DNA of 64,000 nt from Candidatus Latescibacterota bacterium (GTDB taxonomy: Bacteria; Latescibacterota; UBA2968). The notes beneath the pieces are model-generated. The model was given only the letters and a program-made list of their open reading frames with translations, made no database searches and had not been told where the DNA came from. The translations under genes and the position numbers were made by a program. The number at the start of each line of letters is the position of its first letter. Position 1 is the first letter of the stretch. Below are positions 37,758 to 48,592 of the stretch, piece by piece. Location: contig OZ241986.1 in assembly GCA_965204375.1 (NCBI GenBank), positions 1,312,001 to 1,376,000 of the forward strand. Reading direction: 5' to 3'.

Positions 37758-40700
37758 AATTTGGTGCTGTAACCCACGCTGTTGGGCATCTATGCGCGTT
37801 GTTAGGGGTGATGCTTGTGTGGGCGTGTTCTGGTCAGGTGAAGGAGGTGCTGGAGATGGTGCAACCCAATGTGGTTCCCAATGGGGGATTTGAGGCCGAT
37901 ACCGACGGTATGCCCGAGGGATGGGAACTGGATGTGGATTCAGACGATTTTTTGCTTACAGGTAAATTATCTACCAACTCCCATTCAGGTCGGTACAGTT
38001 TTTGCATTGAGAAGGGCATGGGCCGACGGGGCACAGACCTGCGTTCTCCACACTTTGATCTCAAGCCGGATGCCGCGTATGAGATAAGTGTCTGGCTGAG
38101 GATGGACAGTCGGTTTCCAAAGGATACAGTTCGCATGCAGGTGCGCGCCAACACCCACAGCGAGTTATTCGATTTGAGCGTGGGGAGGAGTTGGCGGAAA
38201 TCTGCGGTTATATTCCGCACAGAGTCCGGGACCACTTCGGGACGCATTCAGTTTGATCAACTCGGCGGGCTGGCCGAGCGGCTCTACATAGATGATGTGG
38301 AGGTTAGGGAGACAGAAGCCGAAGATGACAGGCCTCCTATTCAGAAAACAGATCTTTCTGAGTTTGTGTTTCCCAGTGACCGTCCGCGTTTGGAGCATAG
38401 TGCGGAAGAGATTGAGGAGATCAAACGGTCTATGCAAGGGCGTGATATTCGCGAGCACGCGTGGGTGAAAAATGCAGACCCGTGGCTGGAGAAACAGCTA
38501 CATTTTTTCGAGGAAGGGTACGATTTCCAAAAATACTGGACAATCGGGCGCCATTGTCCGGTAGATGTGAGGCTTCTCGAGCCGATTATACATCCCGATG
38601 GGACGACCGAGATGCAATGCCCGGTGTGTGATCGTATCTATCGGAACGAGGAACACAGGGCGTGTGCGCGTGCGATGTACAACGAACAGATGGCGCGCGG
38701 TGCAGGCTGGCTGGGTAAGGCTTATGCGCTCACCGGCGATGTGCGGTATGCCCGCCGGGCTGCGGAGATTCTGGTGGGGTTTGCCGGGCGCTACAAACAA
38801 TGGGGTGGGGGTGGTCACGCGGTGCTCTATATGCTGCGGGAGTCTAATGGGTTTCTCATTCCCTGCACAACGGCGTACGATTATATCTATGACAGCGGTG
38901 TTTTATCAGCGGAAGACCACCGGAAGATCGAAGAAGATTTCTTCCGAGTGGCCGGTGAGTATTATTCAAACCACGCCGATACAAATGGTCGGATGAACAA
39001 CCGGGGGGCGATCCACAATCGGAATGTAATGGCTATTGGGTCAGCCATAAACGACAGGGGATTTGTAGATCAAGCGCTCAATAGCACGCATTCGGGATTT
39101 CACACACTGGCGGCGCGCATATTCGATCCGGACGGCCTGGCGTGGGAGGGATTCGGTTACCATACCTACACACTGGTCGGCCTTTCTCCCATTGCTGAGA
39201 TGGCGTACCGGATCGGGATCAATGTCTATGATGATCCCGCGTACCGCAAGGTGTTTGAGGCGCCGCTGCAGGTGTTTTTCCCCGGAGAGGTAGATCCGGA
39301 ATCTCGTCATAGCCTGTTGGACGTGTATGAGATTGCTTGTCGAAGGTTTTCCGAATTGGGGAAGGCGATAGAGTTTCCGTTCGACAAGGAGGATAGGGTT
39401 AAGGTCATTCCCTCCTCATCGTTCAATTTCAAGCATTTTGGGTATGGGGTGCTGCGGTCGGGAGAGGGAGAGGATCAGATCTATCTCTCGATGAGCTATG
39501 GCAAAGAGGCGATGTTTATGGGGCATGCTCCCGCGCTGAAGTTCGCGTTGGTACTCTATGCGAACCGCCGGTTGCTGACCCCAAGGGGGATGCCTTCAGG
39601 TTATGGGCATCCGTTGACCGGGGGATGGTCCCGCAATCCTCTGGCGCACAATTCCATCACGGCCGATGACACGGATCAGTGGGGCCGCACGGAAGGCAAG
39701 TTGATCGCCTTTGAAGCGGCTCCCCGCGTGAAGCTGATGCGGGCAGTGGATAACGGCGCCTATGGGGATATCGCCCTGGATAGGACGCTGTTTCTCACAG
39801 ACGGGTACGCGGTGGACCTTTCGGGCGCATATGCCGAGAGCGAACGGCACCGGTATGACCTGTGCTACCGGAGCTTCGGGGAGTTGAGTTGCCCACTGCC
39901 GTTCGAGGGCCGAGAGGAGCCTCTGGGCGTGGGGTACGGATATCAGTACCTGACGGATGTACGGAGCAAGCGTACCGATGAGACGTGGTCCGCAGATTGG
40001 CGTCAGGCCGAGGACAGCGCAGTCAGACTTACCGTTGTAGGCGGGTCTGAGACGGAGGTGATCGCCTGCACCTCCCCGAGCAATACGGACCGGGACGACG
40101 ATGTGAATGCCCTAATTGCCCGTCGGTCAGCGCAAAGGACAGTGTTCACCGCGGTGTGGGAGCCTTATCGGGAAAAGCCATTTCTGTCGCGGATCGTGTC
40201 CTTGCCGGTGAAAGATAAGGGAAATGGGTCGGATCAGGTCGGAGGCGTTGGAGTCGAGGTGATCGGGAATGGTTCAGAGGCCACCGAGTGTTTTCTGGCT
40301 TCTTACACTCCTGGGGTAAAGAGGTACGGTGATATTGAACTTGACGGAAAGGTGGCTGCCGGCCGATGGGGAGATAGTGGGGAAGAGCCGGCTTATGTTT
40401 ATCTGGTGAACGGCGTTTTGCTCAGGCGGAACTCGCATTCGGTAGAGGCCAGCGCGCCAGCTTCAATTTACGTCGAGCGATTGGCCGGGGATCGGCTTCT
40501 GGTGAAAACCGGGGACAATGGCGCTGGCAGGATAGCGATTGAAGGCAGGCTGTCGGATGAAGTTAAAGTAGAGTGGGATGGCGAGGAGGTGGAGACAGAG
40601 GTCGGGGATGCGGTCGTTTTTGAGGTGGCGGCGCAGACGTCCTACGAACTTTCTGGCGTGGAAGAATGGAAGCGCGTAAGGCTGGCGTGTGACGCTCAGG

Positions 40701-41335
40701 TAGCAGGAGTGGAAGCGGTAGAGGATGCGCTCGAAAGTGGGATGGAAATGCCCCCAGCAGAGGATGGTTCGCTTGCGGGAAATAACAAGATTGCCAATGC
40801 GGGATTTGAGGTCAACTACAAGACGCACGCAGAAGCAGAAGACCCCTGGGAGTGCTGGAATTCATACTACTGGGCAAAGTTTCGTCCTGCATATCATTAC
40901 GATAGTGAGGGGGTGCATAGCGGAACGTATTCGCTCAAGATCCCGCGGGAAAACTGGGCAAATGAAGCGACGCGAGACGGGTGGATCGAGCAGAAGGTTT
41001 CCAGTTCTGGAGCGAACAAGACATATACGCTTTCCGCCTGGGTTAAGTCGAGTCTGAATCCGACGCGTGTGAGGCTGTGCATCTACGGCTGGGACCCGAT
41101 GTGGGGGAGGGATTTCGATGGCGGCGTGTCGCCCCGGTTTGAGGTGGGTACAGAGTGGCAGCGCATCAGTTGGACGCGGAGCTTTGGTCCGGAGATCGCA
41201 GATGTGTATGTGATGGTGAAGCGAGAGCATCAGGTGCTGGGTGGAGATGTGTGGATTGACGATGTGCAATTGGAAGAGGGTGGTAAGGCGACGGCGTTTG
41301 TCCCGGATGCGTGGACAGAGGCGGCGCAGAGGTAG
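37754..41335 (+). CDS. Alginate-lyase/heparinase II/III-family protein with two CBM-like domains
   Basis: AYALTGDVRYA, WEGFGYH, GYGVLR, AHNSI; NGGFE/NAGFE...IDDV domains; lipoprotein-like VWAC. Confidence 0.75.
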   Translation: MKFGAVTHAVGHLCALLGVMLVWACSGQVKEVLEMVQPNVVPNGGFEADTDGMPEGWELDVDSDDFLLTGKLSTNSHSGRYSFCIEKGMGRRGTDLRSPHFDLKPDAAYEISVWLRMDSRFPKDTVRMQVRANTHSELFDLSVGRSWRKSAVIFRTESGTTSGRIQFDQLGGLAERLYIDDVEVRETEAEDDRPPIQKTDLSEFVFPSDRPRLEHSAEEIEEIKRSMQGRDIREHAWVKNADPWLEKQLHFFEEGYDFQKYWTIGRHCPVDVRLLEPIIHPDGTTEMQCPVCDRIYRNEEHRACARAMYNEQMARGAGWLGKAYALTGDVRYARRAAEILVGFAGRYKQWGGGGHAVLYMLRESNGFLIPCTTAYDYIYDSGVLSAEDHRKIEEDFFRVAGEYYSNHADTNGRMNNRGAIHNRNVMAIGSAINDRGFVDQALNSTHSGFHTLAARIFDPDGLAWEGFGYHTYTLVGLSPIAEMAYRIGINVYDDPAYRKVFEAPLQVFFPGEVDPESRHSLLDVYEIACRRFSELGKAIEFPFDKEDRVKVIPSSSFNFKHFGYGVLRSGEGEDQIYLSMSYGKEAMFMGHAPALKFALVLYANRRLLTPRGMPSGYGHPLTGGWSRNPLAHNSITADDTDQWGRTEGKLIAFEAAPRVKLMRAVDNGAYGDIALDRTLFLTDGYAVDLSGAYAESERHRYDLCYRSFGELSCPLPFEGREEPLGVGYGYQYLTDVRSKRTDETWSADWRQAEDSAVRLTVVGGSETEVIACTSPSNTDRDDDVNALIARRSAQRTVFTAVWEPYREKPFLSRIVSLPVKDKGNGSDQVGGVGVEVIGNGSEATECFLASYTPGVKRYGDIELDGKVAAGRWGDSGEEPAYVYLVNGVLLRRNSHSVEASAPASIYVERLAGDRLLVKTGDNGAGRIAIEGRLSDEVKVEWDGEEVETEVGDAVVFEVAAQTSYELSGVEEWKRVRLACDAQVAGVEAVEDALESGMEMPPAEDGSLAGNNKIANAGFEVNYKTHAEAEDPWECWNSYYWAKFRPAYHYDSEGVHSGTYSLKIPRENWANEATRDGWIEQKVSSSGANKTYTLSAWVKSSLNPTRVRLCIYGWDPMWGRDFDGGVSPRFEVGTEWQRISWTRSFGPEIADVYVMVKREHQVLGGDVWIDDVQLEEGGKATAFVPDAWTEAAQR

Positions 41336-41396
41336 ATCCCGGGTGGACCGAGATTGTGGCTGAATACTGATCGTACAACGGCCGGAGAGATAATCT

Positions 41397-41939
41397 GTGG
41401 ATGAAGGACGTGTGATCAAAAAGTGGAACAGCGGCGGTGGAGAATACGCGATGCGCACAGCACGTTGGAGCGATCTGGCATCCTATGGAGCGATGCACCG
41501 CGAGTTGTATCAAGAGCGGGTAATGGCGAGTCCGAGGGACGCCGATACCCGGGTTGCAGGAGAAGAACTCGGCAGGAGACTTACGGACATGGCCTGCGGC
41601 ACAGGTGTGCTACTGGTCGTGGAGACGGATGAGCGGATCGTGGGAGAGGGAACGCTTCAGCGCTCCAACGGAGACGGTTCGATTACTCTGGGGCTGCTGA
41701 TTCTCAAGGATTTTCGCGATAAGGGAATCGGACGGCGGTTGATGGGTGCGCTGGAAGACGAGGCGCGCCGGCTCGGCAAACAGCGGATTGATCTGACGGT
41801 CTGGAGTGTCAACGCGCGCGGCTATCACCTTTACACCAGCATGGGCTACCGGGAAATCGGACGGTTTCCGGATTGGATTCGCTCGGATCTCGCGCTGGGC
41901 GGGACATCCGACCTGGTGTGGATGTTGAAGGACTTGTAG
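41397..41939 (+). CDS. GNAT acetyltransferase
   Basis: FRDKGIGRRLM, NARGYHLYTSMGY. Confidence 0.85.
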   Translation: MDEGRVIKKWNSGGGEYAMRTARWSDLASYGAMHRELYQERVMASPRDADTRVAGEELGRRLTDMACGTGVLLVVETDERIVGEGTLQRSNGDGSITLGLLILKDFRDKGIGRRLMGALEDEARRLGKQRIDLTVWSVNARGYHLYTSMGYREIGRFPDWIRSDLALGGTSDLVWMLKDL

Positions 41940-41979
41940 GTTTGGAGGAAGATAAAAGGCTCTATATAAGGGAGATAGT

Positions 41980-42855
41980 ATGAAAAAGGGCATCGTCATT
42001 CGCGCATTTTCCGGGAATCCGGACTTTCTGGGAGACGTCGGTTTTCTGAGTGGTGCAGGCGATTTTTCGCGCTGCTTTGACCGGGCCGTAGAGGCGGGTT
42101 TCGAAGCTGTGCAGCTCTACGCCGACCACGAGGGCTATTTTTCGCTGGCCTCCGATCTAAAGGTAGCCGATGAGATCGCGAAGCGGGCGGAGAAGGCCGG
42201 TGTGGCACTCGCCAGTCTGGAGATCGCCCCGTTTTCCTACCTCTTCACCGATCCTAACCCGGAAGTCAGAGAAAAAGCAGAGCGGACCGTCCGCCGTGCG
42301 CTGGAGATCGCATCGGCAATGGGTATGCCGGGTGTGCTGGTCATCCCGGGCTATGTGGGGTTGCCCTGGGATCCTTCTGCGGAACTGGTCCCCTACGAAG
42401 AGGCGTACGACCGCACGAAGGCCGGTCTGCTCGCCGTTGCATCCGACGCCGAGCGTCTGGAGACACATGTGCTGGTTGAGAATGTCTGGAACAGAATGCT
42501 TATGACGCCCCTCGAAATGCGTAGCTTGATTGACGATATAGGCAGCGATTACGTAAATGTGCTCTTAGATACGGGCAATGTGGTGCTTTTCGGGTATCCC
42601 GAACAGTGGATTCGCTTGCTGGGCGAACGGGTGAAGGAGGTGCATTTTAAGGATTTCAGAGCAAATGTCGGGACCATTGATGGGTTTGTACAGCTTCTGG
42701 AAGGGGATGTGAACTGGCCGGAGGTGATGGCTGCTTTGAATGAGGTGGGATTTGATGGCTTTGTGACGGCTGAAATGTTTCCCTACAAGTATCACGGCGA
42801 TGTGGTCCTCAGTCATACGTCGGCGGGTATGGACGCCATTCTGGAGAGAGTTTGA
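41980..42855 (+). CDS. Sugar phosphate isomerase/epimerase (hexulose/ribulose-phosphate epimerase-like)
   Basis: ENVWN, DTGNV, HFKDF, LLEGDVNW. Confidence 0.85.
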   Translation: MKKGIVIRAFSGNPDFLGDVGFLSGAGDFSRCFDRAVEAGFEAVQLYADHEGYFSLASDLKVADEIAKRAEKAGVALASLEIAPFSYLFTDPNPEVREKAERTVRRALEIASAMGMPGVLVIPGYVGLPWDPSAELVPYEEAYDRTKAGLLAVASDAERLETHVLVENVWNRMLMTPLEMRSLIDDIGSDYVNVLLDTGNVVLFGYPEQWIRLLGERVKEVHFKDFRANVGTIDGFVQLLEGDVNWPEVMAALNEVGFDGFVTAEMFPYKYHGDVVLSHTSAGMDAILERV

Positions 42856-42905
42856 ACTGTGAGCGAAAAAGTCAAAATCGGACTGATAAAGATAAGGAGT
42901 AATCG

Positions 42906-43295
42906 ATGGATATCAGAGCGGGGCTTAAACGCCCAAAAGTCGACGTTCACTGCCATGTATCTACCCAACCGAATTCGGATGCTTCTGCAGATTCTCTCAT
43001 CGCCAGCGGAGATCCCGTCGGCGTCACAGAATACTGGTGTTCTCGCCCTATTGGTGGCGGCCGCATAGCCTCTGTAGATGAAGTCCGCAACTGCAACGAC
43101 GGCGTCCTGCGCGCTGCTGAATACCGCCCGCACCACATCCGGGGCCTGTGTTACGTCATTCCAGGTTACGGAAACGAGGCCGTTGCCGAAATCGAACGCT
43201 GTCTGGCCGCTGGCATGGTCGGTATCAAGCTCTACAACCAGTACAAACTCTGGGACCCCGCTGTCTGGCCCGTGCTCCAACTCGCGGCGGAATGA
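42906..43295 (+). pseudogene. Truncated amidohydrolase_2 (N-terminal part only)
   Basis: DVHCH and GMVGIKL present; stops (TGA TGA) before the second metal-binding His strand. Confidence 0.65.
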
Positions 43296-43316
43296 TGAAT
43301 GAAAAAAGGAGGGTTG

Positions 43317-44186
43317 ATGTCGAAGAAAGGTTATCGAGTGGATTGTCACACACATCTCTGGCGCTATCCGGGTGAGTTGACCGATGAATTGGCGCGCGAG
43401 ACTTTTATTATGCGCAATCAAGAGGTGGATCTGGATATCACACCCGATATGCACGTGGCTGCCGTGGCAGAGGTGGATTGCGCTATCGTGTTCGGGCTGC
43501 GGGCGCCGCTGACCGGGTTTCTGACTGTCAACGATACGGTTGCAGATTACGTACACACCCATCCGGAGAAGCTAATCGGTTTTGCTTCGATCTGTCCGAC
43601 GGAGGACAACGCGCTTGAGGAGGTGGAGCGCGCGGTCAAAGAGCTGGGGTTGCGGGGTCTGAAGATGAGCCCGATCTACGGTGGATGGGACCCGCTGGAT
43701 GCAGGTGCGCTGGCTATTTTTGCCAGGGCAGAGGAGTACGGGCTGCCCATTATGTTCCATCAGGGAGCGACTTTTCCGCGCAGGGCACCGCTGAAGTATG
43801 CGAATCCCGTTCTGCTGGAGGATATCGCGCTCCGGTTTCCAGATTTGAAGATGATAATCGCCCATCTGGGGCATCCCTGGGAGGCGGAGACCATTGTCCT
43901 GATTCGGAAGCAGCCGAATGTGTTTTCGGATATTTCGGGTCTGTTCTACCGGCCCTGGCAGTTTTACAACTCGCTGCGGCTGGCGGTTGAGTACGGGGTT
44001 GTAGATAAACTACTATTTGGAACAGATTATCCTGTAGCCACTTTTGAGGAAACAGTGGAAGGATTGCACCATGTGGTCCGGCTTTCCCAGGAGATGCGAC
44101 TGCCTCCGCTGCCGGAAGATCTGCCGGACCAGATTCTGTACCGCGATACTCTGAGTCTGCTGGGGCTTTCTGATACTGCGCCCTGA
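43317..44186 (+). CDS. Amidohydrolase_2 family protein
   Basis: DCHTH, GLKM, MFHQG, AHLGHP, FGTDYP. Confidence 0.9.
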   Translation: MSKKGYRVDCHTHLWRYPGELTDELARETFIMRNQEVDLDITPDMHVAAVAEVDCAIVFGLRAPLTGFLTVNDTVADYVHTHPEKLIGFASICPTEDNALEEVERAVKELGLRGLKMSPIYGGWDPLDAGALAIFARAEEYGLPIMFHQGATFPRRAPLKYANPVLLEDIALRFPDLKMIIAHLGHPWEAETIVLIRKQPNVFSDISGLFYRPWQFYNSLRLAVEYGVVDKLLFGTDYPVATFEETVEGLHHVVRLSQEMRLPPLPEDLPDQILYRDTLSLLGLSDTAP

Positions 44187-44222
44187 TGAAAGAACGGTAT
44201 TCAATTCTGTGGAGGATGTGAA

Positions 44223-46247
44223 ATGGCTGATATTATGCTTGCAAAAATCGATCTTTCGGGCTGTCCGGAGGGGAAGGTATTCGACTGGCCAGAACTGGAT
44301 TGGACCATTGAGGACCGTCACTTCCCCGACTGGGAGTGTCCTCTGGCCAGAATACGGGATCAAGGACGCGGCCCAAATAGATCCAGTACTTTTCGAGTAC
44401 TGGATGAGGATGGCAGGCAGGTGCTGGACCATGTCGATATGACCGACCGGCCGCTGGTTGTGGGCGATTTTCTGTGGAGAGACTATGCGGTGGAGGCATA
44501 TGTCCGCCATATGTCCGCTACCAGTGAGCCGAACTCGGACGATCCGTACTGCTTTGTGGGTCGGAGCGGGTTGATGTTCAGGTACCGGACGCTGAGGCAG
44601 TACTATTTCTTTTGCATCGAGGGCTACGACCGGCTGGTGCTCTACCGCCGTGAGCACGCGCACTGGCATGTGCTGGGCGAGGTGGCCGTGCCAGTGGACC
44701 GATCGCGTTATCACCATATGAAGGCCGAGTGCCGTGGGGACCGGATCGTTTGCAGTTTCAATGGGCGGCAGTGTCTGGTGGCGAACGACAATGTCTATCA
44801 GACCGGGCGGGCGGGCATTCGCACCTGCACGCGGGCGAGGTTCTACGATGTCAGGGTGACGGCTACGGCCTCACAGAATGCCGCGTTTGTCGATACGCGG
44901 AGCCGCTATGAAAAGGAGGTAGCGGCAGAGCGGGAGAAGTATCCGAAGCCCGTTTTGTGGAATGAAATCGATCCCAGGGCCTTTGGCGGAGGGGTGCCCA
45001 TATTCGGGGATATCAGGGGCCAGAAGGAACTGCTGTTGTTCCAGGATCCCTCAAATGGAGAAGACGCTCCGCGGATCCGGTCGGTGAGCCTGGAGGGAGA
45101 ACAGGTGTGGGAGATGGAATACCCAAACCTGAAGACCGTCTCTCCAAAGCGGACGGTGATACAGGACATCGATGGGGACGGCGTAAACGAACTGGTGTCG
45201 GCCGGCGGGAACCGTCTGTCGATCGTAAATGCGATGACGGGAGAATTGAAGGCGGAGGCACCACTGCCCGAACCCGGACCGTTTCTGGTGCCCCGCGGAC
45301 AGCCCCTGACAGATGAATATCTCCATGTGCAGCGGGCGATCATCCCCTGCAACCTGCGGGGAAATTCCAGCCCACGGGACTTCATCCTCAGGGATGGCGT
45401 ATCGGGGGGAAGCGGATGGACGATCTGGGCCTACGACGAGCGGCTCAACCTGTTGTGGCAGCAGCGCGCGGATGCGCCCTGGTACGGGCATTCCATCTAC
45501 TTTTACGATGTAGATGGGGACGGTCGGGACGAGGCGCTGTCCGGATATCATCTCTACGACGACGACGGAAGCCTGATCTGGCGGGTGGAGGGTGCCGAGT
45601 ATTTCGAGATGAACGACCATGTCGATAATGTCGTTTTTGGAGAGATCGACGGAGACGAAGGGAATGGGCCTAAGATCGGCATTGCCGGTAGCAGCGAGGG
45701 GTTCCTTCTGGTCGATGCGCGCGACGGTCGGGTGCTTCGGCAGCACCAGATGGGACACACCCAGGATGTGTATGCGGGCAATTTCAGGCCGGACCTGCCC
45801 GGGCTGGAAATGTGGGTGGGCGACCGGTGGGACGCCTATGGACTTCTGGTGCAGTTCAGCAGGACGGGAGATCCGCTTCTCTCCCTGGAACCCGACAACG
45901 TCAGTCAGTCCGGGCCTGCGGTGAACTGGGGTGGAGATGGGCAGGAACTGTTGTTGTTGAGCACATCGGTGCGGGCACTGGGAATGTACGATGGGTACGG
46001 GCGGAAAGTCGTGGAATTTCCGGGAGATAAGCCGGCGGTTCCTCCGGGGAAGCCGTTCTGGCGTTCCTGGATCACGGCGCAGCAGATGGACCTGACGGGG
46101 GACGTCCGGGATGAGGTCGTATTGACCCGAGATGAGGTCATGTATATCTATACGCAGGACACGCCCTATCCCATAGGTGAGAAGATCTATGCGCCGATCC
46201 GGATGGGGCATCTCTCCTCCCCAAACTGGCAGGTCCATAAAGAATAA
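44223..46247 (+). CDS. DUF1080-like lectin domain plus FG-GAP propeller (rhamnogalacturonan-lyase-like)
   Basis: WRDYAVE...GRAGI; repeated DIDGDG/DVDGDGRDE; GNFRPDLPGLE. Confidence 0.6.
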   Translation: MADIMLAKIDLSGCPEGKVFDWPELDWTIEDRHFPDWECPLARIRDQGRGPNRSSTFRVLDEDGRQVLDHVDMTDRPLVVGDFLWRDYAVEAYVRHMSATSEPNSDDPYCFVGRSGLMFRYRTLRQYYFFCIEGYDRLVLYRREHAHWHVLGEVAVPVDRSRYHHMKAECRGDRIVCSFNGRQCLVANDNVYQTGRAGIRTCTRARFYDVRVTATASQNAAFVDTRSRYEKEVAAEREKYPKPVLWNEIDPRAFGGGVPIFGDIRGQKELLLFQDPSNGEDAPRIRSVSLEGEQVWEMEYPNLKTVSPKRTVIQDIDGDGVNELVSAGGNRLSIVNAMTGELKAEAPLPEPGPFLVPRGQPLTDEYLHVQRAIIPCNLRGNSSPRDFILRDGVSGGSGWTIWAYDERLNLLWQQRADAPWYGHSIYFYDVDGDGRDEALSGYHLYDDDGSLIWRVEGAEYFEMNDHVDNVVFGEIDGDEGNGPKIGIAGSSEGFLLVDARDGRVLRQHQMGHTQDVYAGNFRPDLPGLEMWVGDRWDAYGLLVQFSRTGDPLLSLEPDNVSQSGPAVNWGGDGQELLLLSTSVRALGMYDGYGRKVVEFPGDKPAVPPGKPFWRSWITAQQMDLTGDVRDEVVLTRDEVMYIYTQDTPYPIGEKIYAPIRMGHLSSPNWQVHKE

Positions 46248-46261
46248 CAAAGGAGATATTG

Positions 46262-47539
46262 ATGGGAAAGCTGGCATTGATGGGCGGTCCGAAGGCGGTA
46301 ACGCTCGACAGAAGGAAGTTCGCGGTTCCCCCTGTGAGCGAGGAGGCGATTGCGGCGGTGGTGGAACTGATGCGCAGGGGCGAGACCTCCACTTCACCAT
46401 TGGTCGCCGAATTCGAGCGAGAGTTCGCCGATTACGTCGGCTGTGAATACGGGCTGGCGCTTACCAGCGGTACGGCGGCGCTTCACACGGCCCTGTTCGC
46501 GGCGGGCGTGGGTCCCGGCGATGAGGTGATTGTTCCCTCCTATACATTTATTAGTACAGCGACGACGGTGCCGGCTCTGGGGGGTATCACCGTCTTCGCC
46601 GATGTAGATCGCGATACGATGAATCTGGATCCCGCCGACATCGAGCGGAAGATTACGGGGCGGACCCGCGCGATCGTGGTCTGTCACGTCTGGGGTAATC
46701 CTGCGGATATGGAACCGATTTTGAAACTGGCGCGCTCACAGGGGATCGCCGTGATCGAGGACTGTTCGCACGCCCACGGGGCCACCTGGCAGGAGAAAAA
46801 GGTCGGTTCGGTAGGCGCTGTCGGCTGTTTCAGTTGCCAGGGCTCCAAGCTAATTGCGGCGGGGGAGGGCGGTGTGCTCACGACGAACGACCGCGACATG
46901 TACGAGCGGGCTATCGTGCTGGGCCGCCCGGAAAAGCGCGCTGAAATCCGCGAGGAGTCCTGGACGAAGCGTTTCGCCTTCACCGGGGTGGGCTTCAAAT
47001 ACCGGCCCCACCCGCTGGGCATTGCAATCGCCCGCGAGCAACTTCACCACCTGGATGAGATGAATGAAATCCGCGACCAAAACGGTGCGGTCCTGGACGC
47101 TGGCCTGGCAGATGTGGCTGATGTGGTGCCCCAACGGGTACTGCCGGGTTGCCGGCGCGTGTATCCTTACCACTACATGCGGTATGATCCGGACAAGCTC
47201 GGAGGTGTCTCGATGGAGACCTTCCTGCGGGCGCTCGCGGCGGAGGGTGTGGGCACCGGCCAAATCAGGTACGGACATTTGCACGGGAACCCGCTTTTCA
47301 CGGAGGGATTTCCCTATGGTACGAAGCGTACGGCATCGAGCGTGCTGGGGCAGGAGACACCGGAGTTTGCCAATGGTCCGCTTCCGATGACAGAACATCT
47401 TAGGGAATATTCCTTCCGCGCGGCTCCCCGGCTCGAAACAGAGTGCAGGGAACTAATCAACCAGTATCTGGATGCCTACCACAAGGTGGCTTCGGCCGCC
47501 GATGAACTCCTGACTTACGAGAGAGAGCACCACCCTTGA
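46262..47539 (+). CDS. DegT/DnrJ/EryC1/StrS PLP aminotransferase
   Basis: SGTAALH, IEDCSHAHGA, FSCQGSK, GEGG. Confidence 0.9.
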   Translation: MGKLALMGGPKAVTLDRRKFAVPPVSEEAIAAVVELMRRGETSTSPLVAEFEREFADYVGCEYGLALTSGTAALHTALFAAGVGPGDEVIVPSYTFISTATTVPALGGITVFADVDRDTMNLDPADIERKITGRTRAIVVCHVWGNPADMEPILKLARSQGIAVIEDCSHAHGATWQEKKVGSVGAVGCFSCQGSKLIAAGEGGVLTTNDRDMYERAIVLGRPEKRAEIREESWTKRFAFTGVGFKYRPHPLGIAIAREQLHHLDEMNEIRDQNGAVLDAGLADVADVVPQRVLPGCRRVYPYHYMRYDPDKLGGVSMETFLRALAAEGVGTGQIRYGHLHGNPLFTEGFPYGTKRTASSVLGQETPEFANGPLPMTEHLREYSFRAAPRLETECRELINQYLDAYHKVASAADELLTYEREHHP

Positions 47540-47599
47540 AGTGAATCCCGGAACAGTGTTCAATGGCAGAAAAACCGCAATCCGATTCCGGAGCGTTCT

Positions 47600-48532
47600 A
47601 TGTCCAATATCCAGACCCATATCTCTCCAGACGATGTCCAGCAGATGGGGGACGCCGATTTGAAGCTGATCGATAGCCACCAGCACGTTTTTTGGCACGG
47701 GCGCGATGACGCCGGACTAATCGCCGATATGGACCAGTACTGTATTGAGAAGGCCTGGGTGTTGACTTCGGAGCGGCCGGCTTCTATCGCGAAGAGCCTG
47801 GCACCGTATGATCCCCGCTGGAAAGGTGGTGATGACAATGCGCCCACGCTCCCGCTGGACGGCGTGATCGAGGCCTGCCGTCGGTATCCAGATCGATTGA
47901 TTCCGGGGTACTGCCCCAATCCACTGGATCCGAGGGCGATTCAGAAGCTATCGGGAGCGATCGACATCTTTGGGATTCGGGTGCTGGGGGAGTGGAAGTT
48001 CCAGACATTGTTCGATGACCCTCGCTGTATTGAGATGTTTCGATTCGCAGGCAGCAAGGGCCTTCCCGTGGTTCTCCACCTCGATATCCCGTATGTTCCG
48101 CCCAAAGGTGGAACATACGATCCGAATTGGATAGGCGGAACGATTCACAATCTCGAGCGGGCACTGGTCGCCTGCCCGGATACGATATTTATTGGGCACG
48201 CACCGGGGTTCTGGCGGGAGTTGAGTGCCGATGCCGACGAGTATCCCCAGGTGAGTTTCCGCGACCCGCTGGTGCGTGGTGGCAGACTGCCGGATATGTT
48301 TGACCAGTATGCGAATCTGCGTGCCGACCTTTCGGCTGGCAGTGGATTAAGAGCGCTCACGGCCGATCCAGAATTCTCCCGAGAGGTGCTGATTGCGTAC
48401 GCTGATCGGTTCTTGTTCGGCCGGGACTACTATGGCGGCGAGTTACTCGCGTTTCTGGGCAGTCTGGATCTTCCTGAGGATGTGTGGCGAAAGATCGGGC
48501 GAGAGAATGCAGAGGGGCTTGTTTCTGTTTAG
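47600..48532 (+). CDS. Amidohydrolase family protein
   Basis: DSHQH, GEWK, VLH, GHAPGFW, FGRDY. Confidence 0.8.
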   Translation: MSNIQTHISPDDVQQMGDADLKLIDSHQHVFWHGRDDAGLIADMDQYCIEKAWVLTSERPASIAKSLAPYDPRWKGGDDNAPTLPLDGVIEACRRYPDRLIPGYCPNPLDPRAIQKLSGAIDIFGIRVLGEWKFQTLFDDPRCIEMFRFAGSKGLPVVLHLDIPYVPPKGGTYDPNWIGGTIHNLERALVACPDTIFIGHAPGFWRELSADADEYPQVSFRDPLVRGGRLPDMFDQYANLRADLSAGSGLRALTADPEFSREVLIAYADRFLFGRDYYGGELLAFLGSLDLPEDVWRKIGRENAEGLVSV

Positions 48533-48592
48533 TCCGATTTCATCCCGCGCGACCATATTTTTATCAGGCAGGATTTTCAGGATTGATCAGCA

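Noticed and set aside
43290-43298. TGA at the end of the short amidohydrolase as possible Sec readthrough
   Set aside because: Two consecutive TGAs, no Cys context, no hairpin; what follows is the start of a separate complete gene
48566-48590. caggattttcaggatt short repeat (similar at ~33960)
   Set aside because: Too short and degenerate to support as a REP-like element
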